Source: Fervidobacterium sp. (GTDB taxonomy: Bacteria; Thermotogota; Thermotogae; Thermotogales; Fervidobacteriaceae). Taken from it: DNA of 64,000 nucleotides. The notes beneath the pieces were generated by a model. That model ran no database searches, was not told the DNA's origin, and saw only the letters and a program-made list of their open reading frames with translations. The stretch lies in assembly GCA_049970055.1 (NCBI GenBank), contig JBMFNR010000001.1, forward strand, positions 1-64,000, given 5' to 3'. Below, one piece after another: positions 1 through 9,443 of this stretch (the first letter of the stretch is position 1; every line of letters starts with the position of its first letter). The position numbers and the translations under genes were made by a program.

Positions 1-154
1 GCTGGTTTTATTGTTGTTTTTTGACACAATAATCCTACTGTCTATCTTAGACAGCAGGAAAATGCCTTATACACTGAAGTATGATGCTACATTTCCATCT
101 CTTTCAGAGAGAGGTTCCTTCCTGACTAGCTTTAGCTGGTTTTATTGTTGTTTT
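1..154. repeat. Exact 20-nt direct repeat GCTGGTTTTATTGTTGTTTT at 1-20 and 135-154
   Basis: Identical 20-mers 134 nt apart. The first copy is cut by the window edge; sequences to the right of the copies differ. Confidence 0.9.
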
Positions 155-173
155 AAGAATGTAAAATACGAAT
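1..173 (-). other. Intervening (non-rRNA) sequence in 16S helix 10 region, open at the window edge
   Basis: After ...GAGTAAAAGCCG (helix 10 5' strand) the sequence turns AT-rich and the expected downstream 16S segments do not appear within 173 nt. Internal hairpins at 34-58, ~98-110 and 125-140. Confidence 0.7.
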
Positions 174-309
174 CGGCTTTTACTCTCCCGAGTCTATGGC
201 GGATTACCTACAGTTTCCCGTAGCTATCCGCCTCCAGGGGGCGCGTTCCTACGTGTTACGCACCCGTCCGCCGCTGTGCCACCTTCGGCAAAGCCTCCAG
301 TAGCACCGC

Positions 310-364
<55 letters not shown>

Positions 365-420
365 CCTCCAAGCTAATCTTGTTAGGTTTAACCCTGCTAT
401 ATTTGGTGGCTGCTATTCAT

Positions 421-433
421 ATTTCAATGACCG
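421..433 (-). promoter_or_regulatory. boxA-like antitermination element of rRNA leader
   Basis: Minus strand CGGTCATTGAAAT just downstream of the proximal rRNA promoter; resembles boxA in sequence and position. Confidence 0.45.
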
Positions 434-455
434 GGCTTTTCTCTTTGCGTTAGTT

Positions 456-484
456 AATTTATCACAGGCGGTAATTTTTGTCAA
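456..484 (-). promoter_or_regulatory. rRNA promoter (proximal), sigma70-type
   Basis: TTGACA (484-479), 17 nt, TAAATT (461-456), with extended -10 TG. Confidence 0.8.
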
Positions 485-534
485 GTGTTTTTTTTAGTTC
501 AATTTTTTGCTGCGCTTTTTGCTAAGCGTTTCTT

Positions 535-563
535 AATTTACCACATTCACTTGTTTTTGTCAA
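535..563 (-). promoter_or_regulatory. rRNA promoter (middle), sigma70-type
   Basis: TTGACA (563-558), 17 nt, TAAATT (540-535), with extended -10 TG. Confidence 0.8.
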
Positions 564-627
564 GCATGTTTTTTTATTTTGATTTTCTTTTGATTTCTTT
601 TTGGCTTCCTTGCTTAGCGCGAAACTC

Positions 628-656
628 ATTTTACAACACTCTTTGTTAATTGTAAA
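628..656 (-). promoter_or_regulatory. rRNA promoter (distal), sigma70-type
   Basis: TTTACA (656-651), 17 nt, TAAAAT (633-628). Confidence 0.7.
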
Positions 657-748
657 GCCTTTATTGGTAACAAATCTCTTGCACTGCCTGTTACAAATAC
701 GAGCTTGCTTCCTATTTGCCAGGCGTTTTAAAAATGGGAAAAACCCAC

Positions 749-1327
749 TTAACTCAGTAATCCAAGGAAGAAATTCACAGAAATGGGTACGAGCATTGAA
801 ATAATAAAACCGTGACCAAATGATACAAGAGCAGTCTCTCTATCACTGTACATTGATATAATACCAAGCAATGTATCCATTGACGTTGCACCTGCGACTG
901 ATATGGTTGCGTATTTAGAATGTTTTAAAGCAAAAGGAGACAATACAATCGCTATAAGTTCTCTTATAACATTTGAAAAAAACGAAATACTGCCAATGTA
1001 GGCACTGTACGTATTAGTTATGATAATCGCCGATAGACTGTACCAGCCAAAGCCAGATGCTGAGAGAAGAACCTCTAATTTTTTAAGCGGTAAGAAGAGT
1101 GAAAGTATAAACGCAAAAGTAAGTGTTCCAATCACTGTGGAAAAGGTTGTAAGAAGAATGTCTTTAACGAGTTTCTTTTCTAACTTTTCTTTACTTAGAT
1201 CAATACCTACCAAAAAAACCAGTGTGTAGAGTATTATTTCCACAATTTTACCCTGAAACTGGAAATGTGTGAACCTTCCAATGAGAAGACCAGCTATTAC
1301 AGAAAATATTAGAAAAATAGCGCTCAT
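749..1327 (-). CDS. LysO/DUF340 family lysine exporter-like membrane protein
   Basis: Hydrophobic 192 aa with GFGWYSLS, NVIRE and GATSMDT family motifs. Confidence 0.85.
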   Translation of the reverse strand: MSAIFLIFSVIAGLLIGRFTHFQFQGKIVEIILYTLVFLVGIDLSKEKLEKKLVKDILLTTFSTVIGTLTFAFILSLFLPLKKLEVLLSASGFGWYSLSAIIITNTYSAYIGSISFFSNVIRELIAIVLSPFALKHSKYATISVAGATSMDTLLGIISMYSDRETALVSFGHGFIISMLVPISVNFFLGLLS

Positions 1328-1587
1328 TTTCCCTTACCTATCCTCTCAAAGATATAAGCTATTAAGAAACTACCAAGGCTTGTGAAAAGTGCTATGAGAA
1401 GACCGTACAAAAATATCGTATCTATCTTCTTAAACAGCTCATCATCAGCACCTATTTCAAGACCAAGTGAAAATAACAACAGCATAGTTAGTCCAAAGAC
1501 TATTTTGTACCTTCCAATCCACTGTGTGTTTGTAAACTTGCCTATGAAAAACCCAGAAAAGAAAGCTATTAGAACATACCAGATCAT
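1324..1587 (-). CDS. Small LysO/DUF340 family membrane protein
   Basis: 87 aa, about 3 TM, LLLFSLGLEIG motif; 4-nt overlap with the downstream LysO gene. Confidence 0.75.
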   Translation of the reverse strand: MIWYVLIAFFSGFFIGKFTNTQWIGRYKIVFGLTMLLLFSLGLEIGADDELFKKIDTIFLYGLLIALFTSLGSFLIAYIFERIGKGK

Positions 1588-1637
1588 ATTTTTTTTATTC
1601 TCCCCTATTATAAGTTTTTATCGATTAAAATTGTTTT

Positions 1638-1674
1638 AAAATAAGGCTGCAGCATACTGTGTGAGACTGCAGCC
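1638..1674 (-). terminator. Probable intrinsic terminator after asnS
   Basis: GGCTGCAG...CTGCAGCC stem followed by TTATTTT on the minus strand. Confidence 0.55.
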
Positions 1675-1697
1675 ACTTTATCAAACGTATCTTCAGG

Positions 1698-2996
1698 TTA
1701 AGGATGTACTCTGTAAAGTGTTCTTGCAAATGGTATAGCTTCCCTTATGTGTTCCAATCCAGCAATCCAGGCAATTGTTCGTTCAACTCCAAGTCCAAAT
1801 CCACTGTGAGGCACACTTCCAAATTTTCTCAGATCAAGATACCAATCGTACTTTTCAACTGGCAGGTTATGTTCTTTTAGTCTTTCAATTAAAAGATCGT
1901 AATCGTGGATACGTTGTGATGCACCTATTATTTCACCATATCCCTCCGGTGCTAATAAATCATCGCACAGCACAACTTCTGGATTATTGGGATCAGGCTG
2001 CATGTAGAAAGCTTTCGCTTGCCTTGGGTAATGAGTTACAAACAAAGGACTATCGAATTGTTTTGCCAAAACTGTTTCTTCGTCCCCTCCGAAATCATCA
2101 CCCCATTTTATATCAAAGTCTTGTTTTTGTAAGAATTTAACAGCTTCTGTGTATGTCATCCTTGGGAAAGGTTTTTGAATTTTCTCAAGCTTGGAAACGT
2201 CTCTTCCAATTGCGACTAAGTCTTCGTAAACGTTATTTAAAACGTATTGAACTATATAGTAGACAAGATCCTCTTGAAGTTTCACATTATCTTCATGCTC
2301 GTAGTATGCAACTTCTGCTTCATTCATCCAAAATTCTATAAGGTGTCGCCTCGTTTTTGATTTTTCAGCTCTAAATGTTGGCCCGAGGTTATAGACTTTG
2401 CCAAGCGCCATACATGCTGCTTCAAGGTATAATTGACCAGTTTGAGTAAGGTAGACTTTTCCATAATCAAAATAATCGACCTCGAATAAGTTACCAGCAC
2501 TTTCACCTATCGCACCCGTAAAAATTGGTGTGTCAACCTGTATGAAATCTCTTTCCCAGTAAAATTTCCTTATTGCTTTTATTACCGCATCCCTTATCCT
2601 CAGCATATGAAATTGTCTTTTAGCCCTTAGCCAAAGATGCCTATGTTCCATAAGATATTCTATACTGTGATCGGATTTTTGTATTGGGAAATCTTCTGTA
2701 GGTATTTGAACAGGGATAACTTGTGCAGCTAAGATTTCGACACCACCTGGTGCTCTTTCGTCACTTCTTACTTTTCCACGAACAATAAGAGAGGATTCAA
2801 GTCTTAATTTGTCAGCTTTTTCAAAATTTTTATCACCTACTGTTGATTTTTCAGCAACAACTTGGACAAAACCAGTGCCATCTCTCATTTCAACGAAGAT
2901 TATTTTACCGCTTGACCTTTTTCTTCTAACCCATCCTCTCAATTCGACATCTTGACCTACGTAGTTTTTCAAATCTTTTATGTATACCCAGTCCAT
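1698..2996 (-). CDS. asnS: Asparagine--tRNA ligase
   Basis: OB-fold N-terminus, YLTQTGQLY, FRAEKSKTRRHLIEFW (motif 2), PHSGFGLGVER (motif 3). Confidence 0.93.
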   Translation of the reverse strand: MDWVYIKDLKNYVGQDVELRGWVRRKRSSGKIIFVEMRDGTGFVQVVAEKSTVGDKNFEKADKLRLESSLIVRGKVRSDERAPGGVEILAAQVIPVQIPTEDFPIQKSDHSIEYLMEHRHLWLRAKRQFHMLRIRDAVIKAIRKFYWERDFIQVDTPIFTGAIGESAGNLFEVDYFDYGKVYLTQTGQLYLEAACMALGKVYNLGPTFRAEKSKTRRHLIEFWMNEAEVAYYEHEDNVKLQEDLVYYIVQYVLNNVYEDLVAIGRDVSKLEKIQKPFPRMTYTEAVKFLQKQDFDIKWGDDFGGDEETVLAKQFDSPLFVTHYPRQAKAFYMQPDPNNPEVVLCDDLLAPEGYGEIIGASQRIHDYDLLIERLKEHNLPVEKYDWYLDLRKFGSVPHSGFGLGVERTIAWIAGLEHIREAIPFARTLYRVHP

Positions 2997-3128
2997 CCTT
3001 TTTTACCTCCTTGCTCTATTGTTGTTCAATATTTGATTATACCATAATATCGTGTGAAATAAATATGTGGTATAATGATTTCGATAATGAACTTGCAATG
3101 GCAACTTAATTTAAGGAGTTGGACTACT

Positions 3129-3650
3129 ATGTTGAAAAAGTTCTTTCTAATATTTTTGCTGATTTTTACAACACAAATGTTTACCTTTGCAACTCGTGAA
3201 TTAACAGATTCAGAAATAAGTCGTATGTTTGATATACTTGCGAATATGAAAGCCACTCCTTATGTATGGGGTGGAAGCAGTTCTTCAGGTGTCGACTGTA
3301 GTAGCCTTATTATTTATCTATTAAATCAGCTTGGGTATAAGAAATTCATTTATAAAAACGCACTTGTGTACGATGTAACTGCTGACAATTTGTATAAGTA
3401 TAATGTAAAACCATTAAGTGATGTAAAGCAACTGAGGAAGGGTGATTTAATATTTTTCGATATGAACGAAGACGGAGTGTACGATCATGTTGCGATATTT
3501 GAGAGTATCGATCGTTATGGAGTAATATGGATCTGGGACGCGGCTGAGAATGCAGATGGGATTCATCAAAATAAGGTTGATAAACGACCGTTGATGTTAT
3601 TAAATGCAAGAAAGTATTCGCTTGGAAGGATATTAGTGGTTGTTGAATAG
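3129..3650 (+). CDS. NlpC/P60 family cysteine peptidase, secreted
   Basis: Signal peptide, PYVWGG, GVDCSS (catalytic Cys), GDLIFF, DHVAI (His); start moved to ATG after AAGGAG. Confidence 0.85.
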   Translation: MLKKFFLIFLLIFTTQMFTFATRELTDSEISRMFDILANMKATPYVWGGSSSSGVDCSSLIIYLLNQLGYKKFIYKNALVYDVTADNLYKYNVKPLSDVKQLRKGDLIFFDMNEDGVYDHVAIFESIDRYGVIWIWDAAENADGIHQNKVDKRPLMLLNARKYSLGRILVVVE

Positions 3651-3651
3651 T

Positions 3652-4293
3652 ATGAACAAGTTGAGAGAAGAACTTAAAAAATTCACTGGACTTAGTAAAA
3701 TTTTAGGCATTTTGGTGGAGAAATTGAATTTTATACTTAACTTAATAGTTAGAAAAAGGGAGATCAAGAATACCATAACTTTGGCGTTCATTCATTTTGA
3801 TGGGAATAACCTGGAGCAAGTTTTAAATGAATTCAATGTTGAATTACGCTCAGCCGATGTAATCGTTGGAAAAAACGTTACTGCCCACGAATTAAAGAAA
3901 CACGGTGTTAAGTTATCAAAAAAGTGCTTTGTACTTATAAACAAAGGAATCGAGTCGTCTGGGATTTTAGCGGAATTCATTGGAAGATTTGATGTTAAAA
4001 GATTAAGGACTTACGAAAAACAAGGTACTCAACTTATTGTCACAACCGATAAACAAATTGCTTGGATGATAAGCCAAATGTTTCCTTTCTACTGTGTAGT
4101 CCCTTCTGAGCCCTTCCAGGAGTGTTTAATCACTGCTCCAATACCACTTACTCGTAACTCTGATGGATATTATTTTTCAAAAACTACCTTCAGAAATCAA
4201 GTAACACTCATTGATTTAAATATAGGCATTCTTAGTGACTTTAGGAGTGCGTATCGGAATACAAATGAAAGCACGAAAATTCGAGAATTGTGA
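3652..4293 (+). CDS. Hypothetical protein
   Basis: Long ORF directly after the NlpC/P60 gene; no motif recognised; start uncertain. Confidence 0.65.
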   Translation: MNKLREELKKFTGLSKILGILVEKLNFILNLIVRKREIKNTITLAFIHFDGNNLEQVLNEFNVELRSADVIVGKNVTAHELKKHGVKLSKKCFVLINKGIESSGILAEFIGRFDVKRLRTYEKQGTQLIVTTDKQIAWMISQMFPFYCVVPSEPFQECLITAPIPLTRNSDGYYFSKTTFRNQVTLIDLNIGILSDFRSAYRNTNESTKIREL

Positions 4294-4500
4294 AAATAGT
4301 TCCACAGCCTTTTCGGAGAAATCCAGGAAAAATAGAATGTTTTGATAAAACTCACATGGTTTCTTTTATAACTTCCATATTGCTTTTAATATTTCGACCT
4401 TGCACTTGTATGCTTATCATTGTCACAATTTAACTACTAATTTTATGATGATAAAATTTAAATGTAACATAAATTCCGTAAAAGAAAGGGGGGATTGTAC

Positions 4501-5508
4501 ATGGAAAAAGAAATTACTTTGGAACTTGTTAGGGTAACAGAAGCTGCGGCACTTATGGCAAGTAAATACTTAGGTAGAGGCGATAAAGAAATAGTTGATA
4601 AGGCAGCTTCAGATGCTATGAGAGGTATGTTGGATTATATCGAAATGAAAGGTACTGTTGTTCTTGGGGAAGGTGAAAAAGATCAGGCGCCGATGCTCTA
4701 TATCGGTGAGCAAGTAGGTAGGTGGGAAGAAGGCGATCCTGAACTAGATATCGCGGTTGACCCTATAGATGGTACCAGGCTTGTGGCATACGGTTTACCA
4801 AATGCTATAAGTGTCATAGCGGCAACGGAAAAAGGTGGTATTGAATATCTTCCAACTTATTATTCTTACAAACTTGCAGTTGGACCAGAACTTGCAGGGA
4901 AATTGGACATAAATGCTTCTATAAGGGAAAATCTCAGAGTTGCTGCAGCGATATTGGGGATGGAAATATCGGAACTGACGTGTGTCGTCTTGAATAGAGA
5001 CAGGCATCGCGAAATCATCGATGAAATTAGAAAAGTCGGTGCAAGAATTAAATTAATTAGCGATGGTGACATAGCGGCAGCTATAGCAACAGCTTTACCA
5101 GAAAGTAATGTTAACATATACATAGGAATAGGAGGCTCTCCTGAAGCTTTACTTGCCGCTGCTGCGTTAAAATCACTTGGTGGAGAGATTCAAATAAAAC
5201 TTTGGCCGATGGATGAGGAGGAAAGGACTAAACTTATCGAGCACGGCTATGACCTTGAACGGGTTTACAGAACAGATGACCTTATTAAATCCGATAATGT
5301 AATATTTGCCGCTACCGGTGTTACCGATGGTGATATGCTCAAAGGGGTGAAATTTTACAAGAATACTGCAACAACGGAATCTATAGTGATGCGTTCAAGA
5401 ACAAGAACGATAAGAAGGATAATTGCTCAGCACAATATGAATTATAAAACCATACCACTTAAGAGTGCTGGTGAAATTAAATTCTCAAATGGTATGAGGA
5501 AACGTTGA
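4501..5508 (+). CDS. glpX: Class II fructose-1,6-bisphosphatase
   Basis: LELVRVTEAAA, GEGEKDQAPML, DIAVDPIDGT, ATGVTDG. Confidence 0.95.
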   Translation: MEKEITLELVRVTEAAALMASKYLGRGDKEIVDKAASDAMRGMLDYIEMKGTVVLGEGEKDQAPMLYIGEQVGRWEEGDPELDIAVDPIDGTRLVAYGLPNAISVIAATEKGGIEYLPTYYSYKLAVGPELAGKLDINASIRENLRVAAAILGMEISELTCVVLNRDRHREIIDEIRKVGARIKLISDGDIAAAIATALPESNVNIYIGIGGSPEALLAAAALKSLGGEIQIKLWPMDEEERTKLIEHGYDLERVYRTDDLIKSDNVIFAATGVTDGDMLKGVKFYKNTATTESIVMRSRTRTIRRIIAQHNMNYKTIPLKSAGEIKFSNGMRKR

Positions 5509-5511
5509 AAT

Positions 5512-5542
5512 AAAAAAGGCAGGTCTCAACCTGCCTTTTTTT
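5512..5542. terminator. Bidirectional intrinsic terminator
   Basis: AAAAAAGGCAGGT-CTCA-ACCTGCCTTTTTT between convergent genes. Confidence 0.9.
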
Positions 5543-5556
5543 ATTTTCTGATTTTC

Positions 5557-7860
5557 TCATAAGTAGAATGTATTTTTCCCTGGCAATATTTTTTTAAGTT
5601 CACCTTTCACAATAACGCTTTGCTCTTTTGAGGAATGAATTTCTAACGTAATTTTATTTTCCTGTTTGATTTCGATATTTAATTCTGTTCCTTTGTAATT
5701 AATCGAAAAACTCAATTTTTTCCAGTGTTCCGGCAACCAAGGATTGAATTCGAGTAATTCATCGTTGCCAAGTGTCATTCCACCAAAACCATTGACGATA
5801 CATTGCCAAGCACCTCCAGCTGAGGCTGCATGAAATCCATTGTTTGTGTTGCCTTGGTTGTCTTCCAAATCGACAAGTACCGTCTTCATGAAATATTTGT
5901 AAGCATTATGAGTGTCACCTACTTTTAGTCCCATGATAGAGTACATAGATGGACTCAGAGAGGATTTGTGCATTGTCCTTTTTTCGTAGTACTCATAGTT
6001 TGTTTTCATCTCTTCTAGAGTGAATTCTTCCGGTAGTACAAGCATAAGCATGACTACATCTGGTTGTTTGATCAGCTTTGTTTCTCCAAGTTTCGTTAAG
6101 TCAACTGTTTTTGGCCATATTGGTAATCCGTTCTCATCCCATTCGGTTATCTCATGTTCTTCTAAGTCAAAGTATCCTTCGAATTGTTCAATTAGTTTTT
6201 CTCCTGGTTTTCTTGGTATGTATATCTTTTCAGCTATTTGTTTCCAGCTGTCGACCTCGTCATCCGTTAGTCCAAGGTAGGTTTTTAGTTTTTCAAATTT
6301 GGCGGTATCCTTTTCTTTCAGCCAATAATAGAAATCCACAGCTTTTAATATGTTCCATTTTGCAAGGTAGTTTGTGTAAACATTGTTGTTCACATGCTCA
6401 TGAAATTCATCTGGGCCGATGACTTTGTTTATTTCATATCTATCTTGTTTTTCATTGTACTCTACTCTTGATACCCAAAATCGCCCGGTCTCCATAAGCA
6501 TTTCAACGCCGTAATCTTTCATAAACTGCTCATCATCTGTTACCGTAAAATAGTGTACTAGTGCTACTGCGATGTCAGCATTTATATGATATTCTTCTTC
6601 ACCAGTCCATATTCGGACAGGATTACCAAGATAATCTTCACCCCACTTGGGGGTTACTTCCGTGCCGTCGTCTGCGGATTCCCACGGAAATTGAGCACCC
6701 TTGTAACCGTTTGCCTGAGCATTTTTTCGTGCCCCTGGTAAAGTGTAGTACCTGTAAAGTAGTAAGTTTTTCGCATGCTCTGGTAAAGAATAGAGGAAGA
6801 AAGGAAACATAAAAATTTCCGTGTCCCAGAACACGTGTCCTTTATACCCTTCACCATGAAGTCCTCGAGCACCAATGCTTACCTTTGGATTGTCAGATGC
6901 GCAAGAGTACAAGTGGAAAAGATTAAATCTTATAGCTTTTTGTGCTACTTCATCTCCTTCTATTTTTATATCTATCTTTTCCCATATTTTTTCCATATGC
7001 TTCGAGTGCAGTTTTATTTCATTTTCTATCCCACTCATCATAAAGTTTTCAACTTCGCATTTTGCATCTTCAAGGGGGTGATTAGTTTCTAAGGATGTGT
7101 ATATACTTCCGTACTTTTCAACTGTATATTTCTTGCCTTGCTCTACAAAGATAGTGTATACTTCTGAAGGTGATAAAGAAATCTCTCTGTACTTTCTTTG
7201 CTTTAAAATGTTTTCTCTTTTTTCGTCACTAGCCAAAAGTGAGGTAACGATTACAACTTCGTGTCCTTTATCTTTTGTTTTCACTTTTGTCATAATGCCT
7301 GGTTTTAAGTCCGCTATCTCACATATTTTGTAATGCTGAATTTTGTTAAGTGGATCAAGTAGGCCATTAAAAGTGTTATTATCGATGTAGCTCTCAATGA
7401 TTATCTTTCCAGAGAAATTCACAGGGGTTACGATATACTTTAAACCAAATCTATGAACATGAGACCTGCTTACTAAACGTATTGATTCTATAGATAAAAT
7501 CTTTTCGTTAACATTTATTTGGTATTTACTAACAAGAAAACCTTCCCTCATTTCGAGCTTTCTTTCGTAAGATAGTATATCTACATTTTCAAGTATAATT
7601 GGTGTGTCATCTAAATATATCTTTATTCCAACAGGATCTGGTAGATTGACTAACTCGGTGACTTGTGCTTCGGATTTATCGAAAATTCCGGCAATATAAG
7701 TACCTTTCATAGTATAATTGGAAAATTCTTCCGTCCCCCTTAAACTGAGATAACCGTTCGCAAGCGTGAATAACGTTTCGTAAACATAGTTATCTGAGTA
7801 AGTGTAAGTGCTTCTGAGTACGTTCCACACGTTAGGCACTCCTTTCTTAATTGGTTTCAC
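5557..7860 (-). CDS. GH65 glycoside phosphorylase, probably kojibiose phosphorylase
   Basis: ANGYLSLRG, GYKGHVFWDTE, FPWESA, IWTG, GPDEFHE, KQPD, HKSSLS motifs; adjacent to beta-phosphoglucomutase. Confidence 0.88.
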   Translation of the reverse strand: MKPIKKGVPNVWNVLRSTYTYSDNYVYETLFTLANGYLSLRGTEEFSNYTMKGTYIAGIFDKSEAQVTELVNLPDPVGIKIYLDDTPIILENVDILSYERKLEMREGFLVSKYQINVNEKILSIESIRLVSRSHVHRFGLKYIVTPVNFSGKIIIESYIDNNTFNGLLDPLNKIQHYKICEIADLKPGIMTKVKTKDKGHEVVIVTSLLASDEKRENILKQRKYREISLSPSEVYTIFVEQGKKYTVEKYGSIYTSLETNHPLEDAKCEVENFMMSGIENEIKLHSKHMEKIWEKIDIKIEGDEVAQKAIRFNLFHLYSCASDNPKVSIGARGLHGEGYKGHVFWDTEIFMFPFFLYSLPEHAKNLLLYRYYTLPGARKNAQANGYKGAQFPWESADDGTEVTPKWGEDYLGNPVRIWTGEEEYHINADIAVALVHYFTVTDDEQFMKDYGVEMLMETGRFWVSRVEYNEKQDRYEINKVIGPDEFHEHVNNNVYTNYLAKWNILKAVDFYYWLKEKDTAKFEKLKTYLGLTDDEVDSWKQIAEKIYIPRKPGEKLIEQFEGYFDLEEHEITEWDENGLPIWPKTVDLTKLGETKLIKQPDVVMLMLVLPEEFTLEEMKTNYEYYEKRTMHKSSLSPSMYSIMGLKVGDTHNAYKYFMKTVLVDLEDNQGNTNNGFHAASAGGAWQCIVNGFGGMTLGNDELLEFNPWLPEHWKKLSFSINYKGTELNIEIKQENKITLEIHSSKEQSVIVKGELKKILPGKNTFYL

Positions 7861-7867
7861 TATTTTT

Positions 7868-8515
7868 TCAAAATTCGATTAATTCTAACCCTTTCCCTTT
7901 AAACGTCTGTATAACTTTATCTGCGTCTTTTAATATACTTTGATCACCAACACCTATAACTTTCATCCCGGCCTTTTTCGCTGCTTGTATACCTGCCACC
8001 GCATCCTCAAAAACGCAGCACTCATAAGGTGGTACGTTTAATTCTTCTGCAGCTTTTAAAAATATTTCTGGATCTGGTTTGGCTTTTGATATTTTATTAC
8101 CATCTATAACAACATCAAAGAAATTCGCAAGAGCGATTCTATCAAGTATCCTCAAAGTATTTTTGCTTGCAGAACCAATGGCAATCTTTATACCATTTTG
8201 TTTGAGTAGATTCAAGAAATCCATCACTCCTGGCAATATCTCTTCTTGCGTCATATTATCTATGTATTCAATGTACCAATTATTCTTCTTCTCGGCAAGC
8301 CTTTCTTTTTCTTTCTCGTCTTCTATCTTTATATTACCAACCGAAAGTAAAATCTCTAAGGACTGCATTCTACTGACTCCTTTTAACCTTTCGTTATCCT
8401 CGGGTTTGAATTCAAAACCAAGCTCGTTAGCCAATCTTTTCCATGCAAGATAATGATATTTTGCGGTATCAACGATGACACCATCCAGATCAAAAATGCA
8501 CGCTTTTACAGTCAT
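7868..8515 (-). CDS. pgmB: Beta-phosphoglucomutase
   Basis: HAD motif FDLDGVIVDT, LKGVSR, SASKN, KPDPEIF, FEDA. Confidence 0.93.
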   Translation of the reverse strand: MTVKACIFDLDGVIVDTAKYHYLAWKRLANELGFEFKPEDNERLKGVSRMQSLEILLSVGNIKIEDEKEKERLAEKKNNWYIEYIDNMTQEEILPGVMDFLNLLKQNGIKIAIGSASKNTLRILDRIALANFFDVVIDGNKISKAKPDPEIFLKAAEELNVPPYECCVFEDAVAGIQAAKKAGMKVIGVGDQSILKDADKVIQTFKGKGLELIEF

Positions 8516-8533
8516 ACTTAACCTCCTTTGTCG

Positions 8534-9424
8534 CTATCCTTTCACTGCAACTGCTTTTCCAGTCTCTATAAAATTTTTCTGGAAAGACAAGAATATGATT
8601 ATCATTGGTATAGTCATGAAAATTGAAGCTGCCATCATATATTGCCAATAAGTGTAATACGATGTTTTGAAAAAGTTAAGACCAAGCGTGAGTGTATACA
8701 TTTCTTTTCTACTCATAACTATCAATGGCCACTGAAAGTCGTTCCATGCACCTAAGAATGTGTAAATGGCCAGTGCGCTTACAGCAGGTAAAGCATTTGG
8801 AAAAACAATTTTGAAATATGTTCGCAATATACCGGAACCATCAATTCTTGCGGCTTCTTCTAGTTCTTTGGGAAAATTTAGAAAAAATTGCCTCATTAGG
8901 AACAGTCCAAATATATTAGTAAGCTTTGGCAAAAAAAGTCCTGTGTAAGTGTTGATTAGTCCATATTTAACTAATAGGTTGTATTGCGGGATAAGTGTTA
9001 CTTGACCAGGTACCATTATCGTTGCAAGAAACATCGTAAACCAAAAATTCTTTAGAGGAAAATTAAGTCTTGCAAAAGCGTAACCACCTAAAGAGTTCAG
9101 AAGAATATTACCGATTGTTAATAGTCCAGCGTATACTATCGTGTTCCAAAGCCATTTTTTGTACAGCGGAACAACTTCAAAGATAAGCTTGTAATTTTTG
9201 AAAGTTAGCGGCACACCGAAGGCAGATGGCTTAGGGAAGAGTTTTAAATTTGGTGGCCATCCAAATATGTTAACTCCTTTTTCGTTGCCATATCCATCTA
9301 CGTAAGTTATTGGGACCATTGAAATAAGCAATGACCACGTGAACGGGAAAAGTGTTGCTATGGCGTAAGCTATCAAAATTAAATAGGAAACTATCAGAGA
9401 AATTTTTATTTTCTTTCTTGGCAT
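8534..9424 (-). CDS. Carbohydrate ABC transporter permease (MalG-like)
   Basis: EAA loop ELEEAARIDG, WNDFQWPL. Confidence 0.92.
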   Translation of the reverse strand: MPRKKIKISLIVSYLILIAYAIATLFPFTWSLLISMVPITYVDGYGNEKGVNIFGWPPNLKLFPKPSAFGVPLTFKNYKLIFEVVPLYKKWLWNTIVYAGLLTIGNILLNSLGGYAFARLNFPLKNFWFTMFLATIMVPGQVTLIPQYNLLVKYGLINTYTGLFLPKLTNIFGLFLMRQFFLNFPKELEEAARIDGSGILRTYFKIVFPNALPAVSALAIYTFLGAWNDFQWPLIVMSRKEMYTLTLGLNFFKTSYYTYWQYMMAASIFMTIPMIIIFLSFQKNFIETGKAVAVKG

Positions 9425-9443
9425 TTGAACTCCCTCACTTTAA

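Noticed and set aside
1..154. CRISPR array interpretation of the 20-nt repeat
   Set aside because: Only two copies, 114 nt between them is far above spacer length, and there are no cas genes in the window.
4439..4458. Inverted repeat AATTTTAT-GATG-ATAAAATT upstream of glpX
   Set aside because: Arms are purely A/T in an AT-rich intergenic region and could arise by chance; no recognised regulator motif.
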